Positions 9,130 through 21,945 are shown, counted from the stretch's first letter. The stretch: DNA of 64,000 nt from Octopus sinensis (GCF_006345805.1 NC_043007.1:55366001-55430000); one strand, 5' to 3'. Made by a program: numbers and translations. The notes: generated from the letters alone by a model not told the origin.

Positions 9130-11270
9130 TCTCTTTTGAAATTTCGACTTCCATAAGAAGTGAAATTTATTTTATTTTTTATTTTTCTCAATCTCTTTTT
9201 CTTTAAAAATTTTATATCTTTTTCGTTTTGGCATTATTTCTAAGTGTACAGTCTGTTTCCTTTTTCTACTGCTGCTACGATGCTCAATCCCTTTCGATGC
9301 TGGCACCTCAAACATGTCATAGCAGACTTCCATTGGTATTTCCTTTCGTTTTCAGTATGTCACGTCTTTAATTGGTTTAGGTGTCCCTTATGTTCCCAAC
9401 GTTGTCCTTTAATTACATACATCATGTTTCCTAATCTTTTAGCTGCACAACCATCCTACTAGCTTTCTTTACCATTTTTGTAAATTTTAAAATGAACTTT
9501 ATCTCCTATTTCGAAATGTTTTGTTGCCTTTTCTCTATTTTCTTTAAATATATATTTGCCTGGCAATAATTTATCGACGATCGATTTTATTTTTCGTGTG
9601 AACATTAACTCTGCCGAAGACTTTCCAGAACTGGTAATCAGATTGGGGGTTACTCTATATACCCTCAAGAATTTCGTTAGAGCTTCGTCATTTCCTACGT
9701 CATTCCTTGCTTTTTTTTAACACTCGCTTGAAAGTATCAACGAATCTTTCTACCTGCCCGTTTGACCTCGGTTGGTATGGCTGGATAAAGATATGCTTTA
9801 TCGCATGTATTTTGCAGAAATTTTTGAATTCACGACACGTAAATTGTGTTCCATTACTTGATACTAACGTGTCTGGAACACCATATTTGGTAAATAATTT
9901 ATACGGGAACTTTATTTTTGTCTTTGCTGTTGGTTTATTGTACCTGCATATCTCTGGCCACGTTGTACTGTTATCAACTACGATTAGATAGTATGCGCCA
10001 TTCACCGATCTAGCATAGTCGATATGTACTCTGGACCACAGACTATCCATCTCAGGCAACAATTGATATTTCACATATGGTGCTTTGGCTGCTAATGCAC
10101 AACCTCTACATGATTTCACACAATTTTCAATGTCCCGGTCCGTTGTCGGCCAATATACGTAGCTCCTCATTAAGGCTTTCCTTCTTGACATTCCCCGGTG
10201 TCCACTGCGGAATTACTACAATACTCTTTTCTGTAGTACAGTTGGTACTACCACTCTTTGTGCGTACATTAAAACATCGTTGCATAGTGAAAAATTATTC
10301 GAATTTCTATTTTTATTTTGCTTATTTTTCAACATATCTTTCATTCTTGTAATGTAATTGTCCTCTGCGAATTTCATCTTAATATCATGCACTGTCACTG
10401 GCAGTTCGTGAATAACATCACGTATAACGTTTCTAATTAGTTTTTTTCCTCAATTCAGCGACTGAGCTATTTTGACGGGTGGGGCAGTCATTCAATTTTT
10501 TACAGTACTGGCTTAGTGGGAGATCCCACAAATAAAATAACTCCAACCAGTCGGTACCAAATAGTTGCCTTTTTCACGGCGAAAACTTTCGCCTTAAAAG
10601 ATTTTCCTCGAAATGTGACGTCATTCCACATTTCGTCTACAAAGTGTAGTTTGTCACCCGTTACGCTACGTGCAGTTTTCGCTGTTTTTCTTAACATACG
10701 TTTCCCCATTTTCTTACCCGCGTCGGTGTTCATGGCTGAAATATCACTACCAGTACCCAGCTGTATTTAATGTTTAATATTTACTCCGTTTACTGTTACG
10801 TGTACAAATTTCCTTATCTGAGTGTCGATTTTACTTTCTGCTGAAAGCACTTTAGAATTTTTTACACTCGACGACATTCGTACTTTTGTTCTGCAGTATG
10901 AACGCTTGTGTCCAAACTTTTTACAACTGTAACATTTTTGCTTTTTAAAAAACCTTTTCTGAAACGTAGGCCTCCACATCCGTAACATGGATTAGGATCT
11001 AGCAATCTTCTTTGGTTATACTTTCTTGGTCGACATATCTGTATTTTTGCGAAATCCTTTTCTTGAATTTTTCTTACGTCGTGTTTCAGGTTCACCATCC
11101 TTCAACACTCTTCTGCAACAGTCTGCAGGATTAAATTTTGGTTCGCTCGTTCAAGTTTTGAAACAATTCTTGCCCGTTTTTCTGTATCTTCATTTACTGT
11201 AAGTTTTTTAAGTTTAAAACTTTCACACATTCTGTTAACATTCTTTTTTAAAACGTTTCTGTCGTAGTTA
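9130..11270 (-). mobile_element. Ty3/Gypsy internal region, deletion derivative: gag C-terminus with zinc knuckles, protease, integrase; RT and RNase H absent
   Basis: gag motifs VNRMCESFKL, RARIVSKLE, LQTVAEEC, PCYGCGG and CYSCKKFGHKRSYC; protease LGTGSDIS...ARSVTGDKLHF; integrase GH.GM..RKALMRSYVYWP..CRGC, WSRVHIDYA, YLIVVD, YGVPDTLVS, NGTQF, PYQPRSNGQVERFVDTFK. The protease is followed within ~100 bp by the post-RNase H linker. Confidence 0.9.
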
Positions 11271-12649
11271 ATCAAGAGTTCTAATTCCTCGTACTCCACT
11301 ACTGATGGTAAATTGTCGAATTCTATCTCAACACCTAAAGGGTCTATATCATTTCCGAACAGTTTCTTCAATCTTCCATGTCTCTCTTTATCAATTACTT
11401 TTCCTTTGATATGTTCTGGATATTTCTCTGGTGGCGACTTAATTCTTATGACCGATTTAAATTTTGTAATCTTCCATTCGATTGCAGTGTTTTTGACATA
11501 TGTGATCATATGCCACTTTTTCTTTTCCTCTTTTACATTTGTTTGTTTCAGCGACGGACCTGGACTGTCCGAGCGAGTCATCCCTTTTGGTTCTTCCGTT
11601 GGTATACTAACAATCCTCAACGTCTATGTCCTCCACTATGCGTTGCAATGCTGCTTCTGCTTCCATGCTACATTCTGCTGTTGATGCTGCTGCTGATGGT
11701 GCATCTAACCAATTTCTTTTCACCTCCTTCTTTATCACCTTCATCCTTTTCTGGCTCTCTGGAAGAGAGCTCACACGCTCTATCCTTTTCCTCCTATTCA
11801 CAACAATGAATGATTCATCTTTGTCTCTATCTCCTTCCGGCACCGCCTCCTCGGCAATTTGTCCTTCACATTGTTGTTCCTGCTCCTCCTCTTCGTCTTC
11901 TTTCTGGGGGCACCTTGCTTTCATGTGCCCCTTTGTCTACATGTAACATGTTGGTGGTCTACTTTCCACCACAACTCTTATCCTAACGTCTTCCGGTAGA
12001 ATAATCTCCTCTGTGATCTCGTGCAAGTCTTTGAGGCTCACTTGTATTGCCATCTCGACGCCATATCCTCAGCAATTAACCTTTTTAGTTCTCGTAATTT
12101 TCAATATTTCAGCCTCGTCTTCCATTTTGTGCATGACCGCTGCTACCAGCCATGCTTCCTTAATCTCGGGAGCACTCTGCCGATTCTTACTTTTGCGATG
12201 CGTTTACCACAGTAACTCGGCAGAAGAATCCATTGTTGTGTTCTTATCGTCACAATGGAGTGGTTTATGGCTTCCTCTTCGTTGGCGAACCTAACCTCCA
12301 CAGTGCCATACTCCCTTCCTCGCGTGTAAAACGTGGTCAGCCCTTTTATGTTATTGAGACATTTCTCTAATGCCTCTATTGAGGCATGCTCTATCTTTTT
12401 CGAAGAGGTAGACAATGTCCTATAGACAACTGTTTTTTTCGCCACATTATTAGTCAGTTCCTCTGATGGGGTCATCTTCAAACTGGCTCCTTCATTTTTT
12501 ATCAATTTAGTTCCCTCTTTCCACTTTCTGGGCTCTACTTTAATCTCTCGCACTTCTAGGATGTTGGTATTTAATCCTTTTGTCGTAGCTGATGCATAAC
12601 TTTCAAGTGGTTCGTGTTCCATCTCTCCTCTCTTCTCCACTTCACCCAT
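11270..12649 (-). pseudogene. LINE ORF1-like (L1/Tx1-type) nucleic-acid-binding protein gene: RRM-like region, CCHC knuckle, acidic/basic tail; frameshifted
   Basis: ATG at 12649 (MGEVEKRGEMEHEP); motifs KTVVYRT, RGREYGTVEVRFANEEEA, LLPSYCGKRIAKVRIGRV, VRIRVVVE..PTCY...KGHMKARCP, then an E/K-rich region. Pieces are in ORFs 12143-12682, 11607-11924 and 11102-11620. Confidence 0.6.
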
Positions 12650-12789
12650 AAATGGGGAAGAAACAAATAGAAAAACAAGCAAAACAGCGACAAAAATTCA
12701 AATTCAACAAATTTGACAACTCCAGGTTCACTCCCACAGGGTGACCCTCAACAATATATAATAACACCACTTACTTCCACGGAATCACA

Positions 12790-12916
12790 AGGATTTAACA
12801 CCCAACTCTAAACAAAACTTGAATTAACACAAAAACTTCACTCTGACCGCTACTATTTATAATCGCTTGGTCCAGGCTATTTCTCGCAAGGGAATGTCGT
12901 GACTCTCATCACAACA
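12790..12916 (-). promoter_or_regulatory. Partial LTR-like segment (U3/TATA) related to the LTR at 8844-9129
   Basis: 12814-12916 aligns by eye with 9026-9129 (ctactatt..aatcgct.ggtccag.ctattt..cgcaagg...gtcgtgactctcat). The minus strand begins TGTTG and carries TATAAATA. Confidence 0.65.
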
Positions 12917-13916
12917 TATTTTTATAGACATATTTATTTATATATAGAAGTAGAAAGACAGAGAAAGGAGGCTACGAGGCGTAAGGAGTAAATTTATATG
13001 AAAAATTGCGCAAGATTTACAGTTCATACGGTACAGTGATCAGAAGGTAGAATGACTGGAAGTGAAGGGAAGTATGTTTCAAACTTGAAGAAAAAAAAAC
13101 AAGTGTGGTACCAGTGAGTCAGTGCGTACGTTTATGTTAGTCCTTGTGTATGGATGTCCGTAGGCTGTTATGTATATATGTATGTTTCTCCCAGTTTCAG
13201 TTCGTATATTGTGAATATGTATCTATGGAATATGTATGGGTGTCTTAGTACAATGTGCATACGCCGAAGCTCGTCTTTATGAGCTGCTTTTGGACTCATA
13301 TTGTGTGAATTAGTTATGATGGTGTTATGGGTTGTGTGTATATGTAAGTGTGCAGTATTTTGGGCGCGTGTGTTGCGTTTTAGTGATTGTTTTAGAAACC
13401 CTGTAAAGATTTAAAAGCAATACCTCTCGTCTTCTGATTAATAACTAAATTTATGTGCTATGTGTGTTTGCGTGTGTGTATGTGTGTATGTGCATAGGTA
13501 TGTAATTGGTTTCTAACAACATTTTGGAAATTCTTCTGCCTTATATGATAGGGAGAGCACCTGAAAAATTCTTGCCTACCTCCGCCCCAATAAAAAAATA
13601 ACGGCAGCGAAGAAGATTGAAAGAAGCACCAAGAACAAAATGTATACCAATTCACGTCTACAATGAAAAGAAACCATAATAAAACTCCGAAGAAGCTAAA
13701 CGTAATAGCTACTGAACAATTGAAATGGTTATAACATATATAAATCATCTGGTACACACAAAGCACAAGTAATAAAGAAACTTGAGAATGAAATCAATGA
13801 AAGCTGAATAAGAAACTAAGCAAGGATACTTATCTAAAAAATGAAACGAAGCAAATATACATTAAACCTACACGCATACACACACACGCACATGCACGCA
13901 CGCACGCACATACACA

Positions 13917-13962
<46 letters not shown>

Positions 13963-15366
13963 CATATAAAAAGTTAGATACTATTTTATCCCTTACACAA
14001 GTTCGATAAATGGGATCAATGTTTGATCTTTGTTGAACTTTTGCGATATCTCTGATCACTTGAATATCAATATGATTGACTGTAAAAGAAAGGGAAATTG
14101 AGGTCATGGCGTTCATATCTATTTCTGTGGCGTCAGTGATGTGAAATATATCAGACTCGAACTCGTGACTCGGGATCAGTTCTCAGAGATATATCTAATA
14201 TTCAAAACCCAAATACAAAAATGGATCATTGATCAAGACTACAAATAAGCATAAAAAAGTTCATCGGCTCTAAACAAGCACACAACTTTAGTAGAAGTAG
14301 ATTAAATTAAAGAAATGAACAAGATAATATCTTAAAGTTGGAGAAACCCTAGGAAAAAATATTAAATTTAAGAAAATAAAGCAATTACAAAAAAAAAAAA
14401 TTAATATTAGGCTGTGAGTGAGATAAGGAAACCAAAAATCAGAAAATAGCACAATAAAAATATGAGAATGTGAATAAAAAAATATAAATATTTTCAATGA
14501 AAACATAAAATATCTCAAATATTTGAATTGTCTACGTTTTGGGCAATTATAATTTCAAACAGAAAAATATATTATGCATATTTTGTTTCTAATGTTATCA
14601 AATGGAAGATATTTAGTCTTATCTAACCGAATCCCATGTTTGTTCCGATAATATAAAACAGAAAAACATTTGAAAGATAATTTAGCAAGGAGAGATGTTT
14701 GATTTAAGTGTGTTAGAGAAGTACGTTCGACATTCTCCTATGTTTTTTGTTATAAGACGTGTTGAAAATACTTTTTAATCGCTTACCTTCTCATTGTTTG
14801 ATTGTATATCTGAAGTTTTTCTTATACTTTTGTTAAAAGTGAGGGATACAGGTGAGGAAAATTGAAACGAATGTGTCAAATCTTTCTTACTAATATTATT
14901 GACCCTTTTCAGAGAGTCTATGAAAAGAAAACAGGCGCAATTTTGCTCCCTATCTACTATGGATTCAAGGCCTTGCAAATAACTTTTTTTTAATTATTAC
15001 TATCTAGTAGATTTCTTCATTGGATAAGAAAAATACTCACCTGGTAGTGGATGGTTGTGATGAATTTAATGCTCAATGGACCGTTGAACACGATTAATCT
15101 TAGGCAGATAGTAATTAGATCCCTCATCATGCCGATTAGGAAATAGACTAAAACACTTAGAAACGATGTTGGAGTGAAAAAAGTATCTTCCCGAGCCCTA
15201 CAGGTGGAGTTCAACTCGACGTAATGAATCAGTGTAGCAGTGTAGTGTTGGCGTTGAAATAGTGAAACGCTGTTACTCGAGGTTACAAGTGAATAACTAC
15301 GTAGCCATAAAAAAGGTCTTCGTTATTCAGCCGACATCGTTTTCTTCTCTTCCTTCCTTCCTCCTT

Positions 15367-15510
15367 ACCTTCTTCTTCTTCTTCTTCTTCTTCTTCTCTT
15401 CTTCTTCTTCTTCTTCTTCTTCTTCTTCTTCTTCTTCTTCTTCTTCTTCTTCTTTTCCTTCTTCTTCTTCTTCTTCTTCTTCTTCTTCTTCTTCTTCTTT
15501 TCCTTCTTCT
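15367..15510. repeat. (CTT)n microsatellite
   Basis: Directly visible. Confidence 0.95.
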
Positions 15511-15689
15511 CCATCATCCTATTCAAAACCACCACTTCCTACTGTAATTTTACTTTATACTTAAAATAGAATCGAACTACTTATATTCGATTGAAACATA
15601 AATTCATTCGTTTCATTCCAATGTTATTTGAATTAACACGAAAAATATTTTCATCATTTTTGAAAGATGAATAAATTTTACCTCTTTTC

Positions 15690-15970
15690 AGACATATGCC
15701 GTAGAAAAAAAATTGAGCATTTTCCTCATCTGCTTTTCTTCTCTTTTAGTCAATGTTCTAAAGTTGCCAAAACCGCTCGAGACATTTGTCTTGAATACGG
15801 ATAAGGCAATGCTACTGAAAGAACTGCACGAGAATGGGTTTTACGTTTCAAGAAAGATTAATTCGACTCCACAGACTCCCTGCGTTCCGGTCAACCTGTC
15901 CAATTAAATGAAGCTCGATTGAACGAAGTCGTCCACGAGGATCGATACCAATTCACTAAAGAATTCAACC
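15690..15970 (+). pseudogene. Mariner transposase N-terminal (HTH) relic
   Basis: Manual translation gives EHFPHLLFFSF..KTARDIC..YG..TERTAREW..RFKK..FD..D..RSG.P...E..L...V.ED....TKE. Confidence 0.7.
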
Positions 15971-16539
15971 TTCTGACGTAATGTAACAGGTATGTACTAT
16001 GAGTGCTTAGTTTGGTTTACCACCAAACCTCCTGCTTGAACTTCAACTGAAAAGTATGGTGTTGAGACTGCCTATCGAAGGTGGCTAGAAGTGGTTTCTC
16101 CTTCAGCGGATGGACGTAGATTAAAATTTAAAAAATAGAAAAGCAAAATATTTGGTATCGCTGGAAAAAGATATACAATTCAGATAGAGGCTATAAACAT
16201 ATAAATTCTCTTACAACTGTTTCCAGAATAGCCAAGCATGTGGTTCGTGATATTTAGTAAGGATTTTATAATAAAAAAAATGTAAAAAAGTCAGAAAAAT
16301 GTAAAAGCCAGAAAAATGTAAAAATAAATATCCCCTATCAAGGATACTAATATATTTTAGTTTGTCAAAAATGAAGGAAGGGTCAGAGTAAAATAGATAC
16401 ACGCTACGCAGTACCATGATCAAATAAATAAAGTTATAGGTAAAATGCAGTTTCAAATGAAAATGTTTGGTAATAATCTATAGCAAGGTATAGTGGGAGT
16501 TATCCGTTCCATTTTTTAATAGAAAGCCATCTCTATTAG

Positions 16540-17000
16540 ATTTGCAAGATTCTCCTCAATGGCCCATGGTTGCCATCTTTCTCTAGTTTTTTTTTTGCAC
16601 CATATTGATATCAAGTGTGCAACTAACTGCCACAACAGAATATTATTTTATTTTGCTCTCAGAGACAATATCAGTCCGTTTCATTCTAATTTATTGTTTG
16701 TTTGGGATTTTAGTTACCCTGATATTGTTTTGTTTCACTGGTCTAAATATGGTAATCTGTTTCATCATTTTTTCTTTCTCATTTTCTTGCAGATTGTTCT
16801 GTTTACCACATCATGCCTCATGGGAAAGTAATATATGGAGGACATTCACATTCGGGAATGATATAGATGATGTTATTGTTTCTGGTTTTACATATTCAGA
16901 ATTCGTTGCCAGCTGATGATTTCCGTGAAATTTCATCCTTTTGGATTGTATGAAGGCGACCTTTAAGAGGAAATGTTATAAACTTGTCGGGGTTTCATAT
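16540..17000 (-). pseudogene. Old RLE LINE C-terminal fragment (CCHC region and PD-(D/E)xK nuclease)
   Basis: Minus-strand pieces LHTIQKDEIS, KRTDIV and VSCTLDINMV..EKDGNHGPL resemble R4/Dong AIQEQEI, RPDIV and EVSCP.D...EK...YGPL; heavily decayed. Confidence 0.5.
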
Positions 17001-17959
17001 GAGGTTTTTAGCGTGGTTGATTTCCTTTATGGTATATGTTTTTTGTTTCAAGAATACTCAGCGAACTGGTATGTATTTTATTAACGGCTTCTAACATTTA
17101 AATATTGGCACTTACATCACTCAACCACCTGTTACTACAAAAGTTGATAAGGCTTCTACCTTTAGTTCTCCAAACGTCAACGAAGACGAGAATGTCTTGG
17201 AATCACAAACAAACGGCAAACGTTCTTTTGTTGTAGGTTTGTGTGTTTACATGTATGTATATATGCACAGATTTGTATACTAAACTTCTAGAATGTTCTA
17301 CAATTTTCACAGTTCCATTAATGATTTATAATTTTGATTTTGTTCCCATGATCATTGTCATCGTCATCCTCGTCACCCTCCTCCTTCTCATCATCATATT
17401 GATCGTCAACTTATCTGCTTTTTCTAAAATTAGGTTTGAATGGATTTTAATTACCAATCGGGTGTTGGTGTGGTAGAAAGGGTAAAGGTTAAGAGTATAG
17501 CTGTATATTTTTATGTGTAGAGAATACTTATGATGCTCTAAGTACTGAATTAAAATTCGAACTGAGTTGAACTTGGCTTTCTTCCTTCTAGAGGCAATAC
17601 CAACTGCATTTTAAATCCAGTACAGCCCTGCTTAAGGAACCTACCAACATAGCTTTCCTATATGTATCAACTCACCCTATTTACTTACTTGGTCCAATCC
17701 GCGCTTTTTTTCCAGGATGGTACAATGTGATTTGAAGAATTTAGATGCTATTTCTAGCACTTAGGATAAATCATCGTGTATGCTACTTTGATAACTCGTA
17801 CTAATAACATTCTGGGTTAGTTCAATCGTCTATAACTTTTATAAAAGTCTGTAACTTACTCCACAAGTTGGAAATCAAAAACTAGTCAACGAGGGACACT
17901 TCTGTGGGAACTAAACTAAAAGAACAGATAATGATGGTCGATATAGTAGTTTAGAAGCA

Positions 17960-18098
17960 GTGGTAGTAGTAGTAGCAGTAGTATGAGTAATTGTAATATC
18001 TGTAGTAATAGTAACTTAAGTAGTAGTATTAACTGTCGTTGTAGTAGAATTAGTAGTAAATATTTCGTAGCGGTAGTAAAAACATCATCATCAATAGC

Positions 18099-18138
<40 letters not shown>

Positions 18139-18150
18139 CAGCAGCAGCAG
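17960..18150. repeat. Imperfect (AGT)n/(AGC)n microsatellite
   Basis: Directly visible. Confidence 0.85.
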
Positions 18151-18659
18151 CTGCATTAGTAGCAGTGAAAATTATTGCAGAAGATTAAATGAAAATCAAG
18201 AGAGTAATATGAAATTAAAAAAACACAAGAGAATAACGTGTAAGTATAGTGAGAGTTGCCATGACAATAGACAAAGGAGAAGGTAGAGGAAGAGGATAAG
18301 ACACTCTATGAGAAAAAAGAACAAGAGAAGAAAGTAGCTATTACAATTGATGATAAAGTAGAAGAAAAGGAAGGAAATGAAGATAACGAAGGTGAAGGAT
18401 ATGAGGATTAAGAAGAAAATAAAATGGCAGATGTAATTGTAAAGATAAATCATTAAAGGTAATCTGTTGTGATTTATAGCTTTTTCTCAATGTCATTCAA
18501 ATTATCATTGATAAAGACCGTAAACCAGTTTGACAGAAATGAAGGAACGTTTTACCTACTTCCTTTTCTAAGAGTTCAGTTTTGGAAAAGGAAGACAGAA
18601 CAACGTCACTGCTTCAGGATGGTCTTTGTCTGTCTGTCTGTCGCTCTGTGTTTCCTCGT

Positions 18660-18712
18660 TCATGTATGCATGTGTGTGTGTGTGTGTGTGTGTGCGTGTG
18701 TGTGTGTGTGTG

Positions 18713-18753
<41 letters not shown>

Positions 18754-18815
18754 GTGTGTGTGTATGTATGTATGTATGTAAGTATGTATGTATGTATGCA
18801 TGCATGTATGTATAT
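18660..18815. repeat. (GT)n/(GTAT)n compound microsatellite
   Basis: Directly visible. Confidence 0.9.
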
Positions 18816-21279
18816 GTGACACTCTGTGTGTCTGCGCGTTTGAACGTGTTTTTATACTATTTACAAACTAAAACCATGAAATATGACATTCTCCGAAACT
18901 TGAAGTTCTATTTCTCTTTCATGATCTTCAAACAGCTTTTCTAAAACAAGATCTACTGGATACCGGTTCCCAACATGTCACAAGTGGACTCTCACCCAAA
19001 AGAAATTTGAAGAAAGTCATATTATTGCCCTTATCATCAGCAAAGCTTTCGTCTGTGTTTGTCACAGGAAACTCCTTTATGAACTCCATCTATATTTCGC
19101 CTTAGAGAAATAGCAATTGCATTTGCTTTCAGCTATTTTCGACTATGCGAATTTATTCACGGTCTGATCACAGATGGGATCCGAAGCGAAATTAGTGTAT
19201 GTATGCGTGCATATTCTTATTTCTAGGGATCTTGTTCTTACCTGGCCTAGTATTGCTTAGGCTCTAATTTTTGCTAGGGGTTTAGCCACATTTTCTTTAT
19301 CGTGTTTGTCATTATTATTATTGCTTACGTTGCCCACTTTGTGGTTAATTCCGCTATTGCTATTGTGGGAACTTCTGGTTTCGCTATACGCCTAAGAGGC
19401 TTTTTCGAGTTACTATTACTTTTCCTTGTGTCATCAACTACTATGTATTGGACTCTATTTATACTTGAATTCATCCTAGTTAGGTTCCCAAGGTTGTATA
19501 CTAATCAAGCTCTATAGCCTGCTTCTTCTAGCGAATTAATCTAACCAATTTAAACTTTCAGGCTAAGAAAATTGTGGAAAGGTTAAATTTAGAGGACAGA
19601 ACTGACCCTTACCTACCGAGGACCCATCAAATTAACCTGTTTACAACCATTTGTACTTTTTATGTGTCTTTCTCTTCACTTTTTCATTGAGTACAAAATT
19701 ACTATATTTTAGTAAAAGGTTATACTTTTCTCACTGGTAGTAAGGGTGTAATTAATATAATTTATATGAATTAATTTAAAACTGTGATAGTTTAAAAGAA
19801 TTTCCTGAAGCGTACCTCCAGCTTTATGTCACTAGATATGATACTTTCTATAAATTGTGCTCCCAATTTCGCTTTTGCATTTAATGGTATCGGTCACAAA
19901 ATAGGTGGTAAAATAGACGCGCACGGTGAAGAGAGAGTAATGAGAAAAGAGAGAAGGATAGACTGAAAAAGTAAAGGTAATGGCAGAAGACGAAAAGAGA
20001 GAATTAGTGGTGGTGGTAGTGGTACTTTATATGCACGGCATCCTTTTAGAAAAATATATATGAAAAAATTAACTCCAGGGTCTGGTTACCTAGAAATAAA
20101 TCGATATTTTCGTTCATACATTACTCAGCAGATAAAAAATAATTAAAAAAGAACGCCTTTTATATTAAGAAATATGTGATTTTGAGCAGTGAAGATGTTG
20201 TTTTTTTTATTAATAACCTATTTGCTTGCAACTCATAAATTTGTTTGATATGAGTTTGCGAGCTGGTAATCGTACATTTCGGTCATATATCTTCAATCTG
20301 ATTTCTGCCATGGATACAGTTATATGGTTTCAGTAGATATTTTAGACATTTCTTATTTAAAAAAAATGGAAGATACCTACTTTACTAAACTTGAACACAC
20401 AGAGATGTAAGTATACATAACCATGCACACACACGCGCATACATACATACATACATACATACATACATACATACATACATACATACAGAAAGACAGACAG
20501 ACAGACTGACACATACACACATCGGCGCGCACACAACGGAAGTGTTTTATGTGTTTGTACTATTTGTAACTCGTTATTCGTATGCGTTTTATGTACGTAA
20601 GGTGTGTGTAAGTGAATACATATGCGTATATATCTCAATATATGTATCTCAATGTATGTATGTATGTATGTATGTATGTATGTATGTATGTATGTAGGTA
20701 GGTATATACGGACGCTCGTACATATACGCATTACGCAACAAATATACTTCCTCACATATGTCTGATATCTTTTTTCTAATATATCCAGTACATCTGAAAC
20801 TATCTACACACGAAATTACTTTTAGACATAGATCTTCACCAATATATTCCCATTTGTATAATATATAACTATTTAAATATGTGCTTGCATGTCATTAAAT
20901 GTGCTAAGACTAAATACAAACGAACAATACCTTTTTCAGAGCATTGCAGAAAATAGAAAGAAAAGTTATTCAAATTATTTAAATCGCATCATATTCTTCA
21001 AATAGATGTCGCATGGTATTCTCAAAATTGGTAATATATACATACATAAATACATACATACATACATATATATATATTTAGGTTATGAGAGGTAATGGTG
21101 TCAAGAAGACCCAAAGGTGTCAGGTAATGCCGAGTAAGTGCTATGTACAGACTACAGTTAAGCTCCAGGTTCGGTGATTATGCGAATGAGGAGTCAACGT
21201 AGGTCATATATCAGCATGCTATTATATAAAAATTAACAGAATGAAATAAAAATCCAAGGCTGTAAAATCCCATCCCTTA

Positions 21280-21420
21280 CACCCTCTCCCACATACCCTA
21301 CCTCTACCCCCACCCTCTGCCTACCCACAAACCCCACTTCTACACCCACCCTCTACTTACCCACAAACCCCACCTCTACCCCCACCCTCTGCCTACCCAC
21401 ATACCCCTACTCTACCCCAA
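21280..21420. repeat. C-rich minisatellite, 36-bp period, ~4 units
   Basis: caccctct(g/a)c(c/t)tacccaca(a/t)acccc.. units start at 21311, 21347 and 21383. Confidence 0.85.
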
Positions 21421-21649
21421 CCTTCATCCTAATCCACACCCCACCCGTGCTTTCCCCACTCTCTCCGGCCCACCTTCCAACAACATCACACCACTCCACA
21501 CTACACCATACCACTCTACACATCACAACACACCACCCACATGCCAGCACTAACCAATTCCTATCCCCACATTTTCACACCTACATATACACACACGCAC
21601 ACGTCAAGACCACCAGCCCTCTTTCACAGGCACATACGTACTCTCTTAC

Positions 21650-21938
21650 ACACACACGCACCTTCGTTTTGGGGATCATCTTAACTTTGTTATCTTCCCT
21701 ACTTCTTCGCTCTCCTGTGTGACCCTTCTGTCCGGCAGTTGCCATGATAGATCAGTAACCACTACACACCTTTTTTCTCTCTCCTTGTTTCTCTCCTTGT
21801 TTCTTTCTGTGTTCCTTTCTGTAGAAGAGCGTAGGCTCGAAACGTAAAAGACTTTTTCAATTCCTGAGCGTTATACTAATACATCTGTTTGTTTTCTACA
21901 CCACCTGTCTTCGTCTTTTGTTTTTTCGTGAACTCCCC

Positions 21939-21945
<7 letters not shown>
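21650..21945 (+). mobile_element. PLE pseudo-LTR-like repeat containing a hammerhead-like motif (21815-21850)
   Basis: cttt-CTGTAGAA-GAGC-gtag-GCTC-GAAACGTA-aaag. Downstream sequence matches the reverse complement of 6170-6300. Confidence 0.7.

Noticed and set aside
11313-12294. Plus-strand S/F-rich ORFs (11313-11684, 11378-11809, 11626-11946, 12013-12294)
   Set aside because: Antisense shadows of the purine-rich ORF1-like gene.
18870-19200. Coding-looking minus-strand stretch (possible transposase relic)
   Set aside because: Frames are short and interrupted, and no motif could be assigned with confidence.
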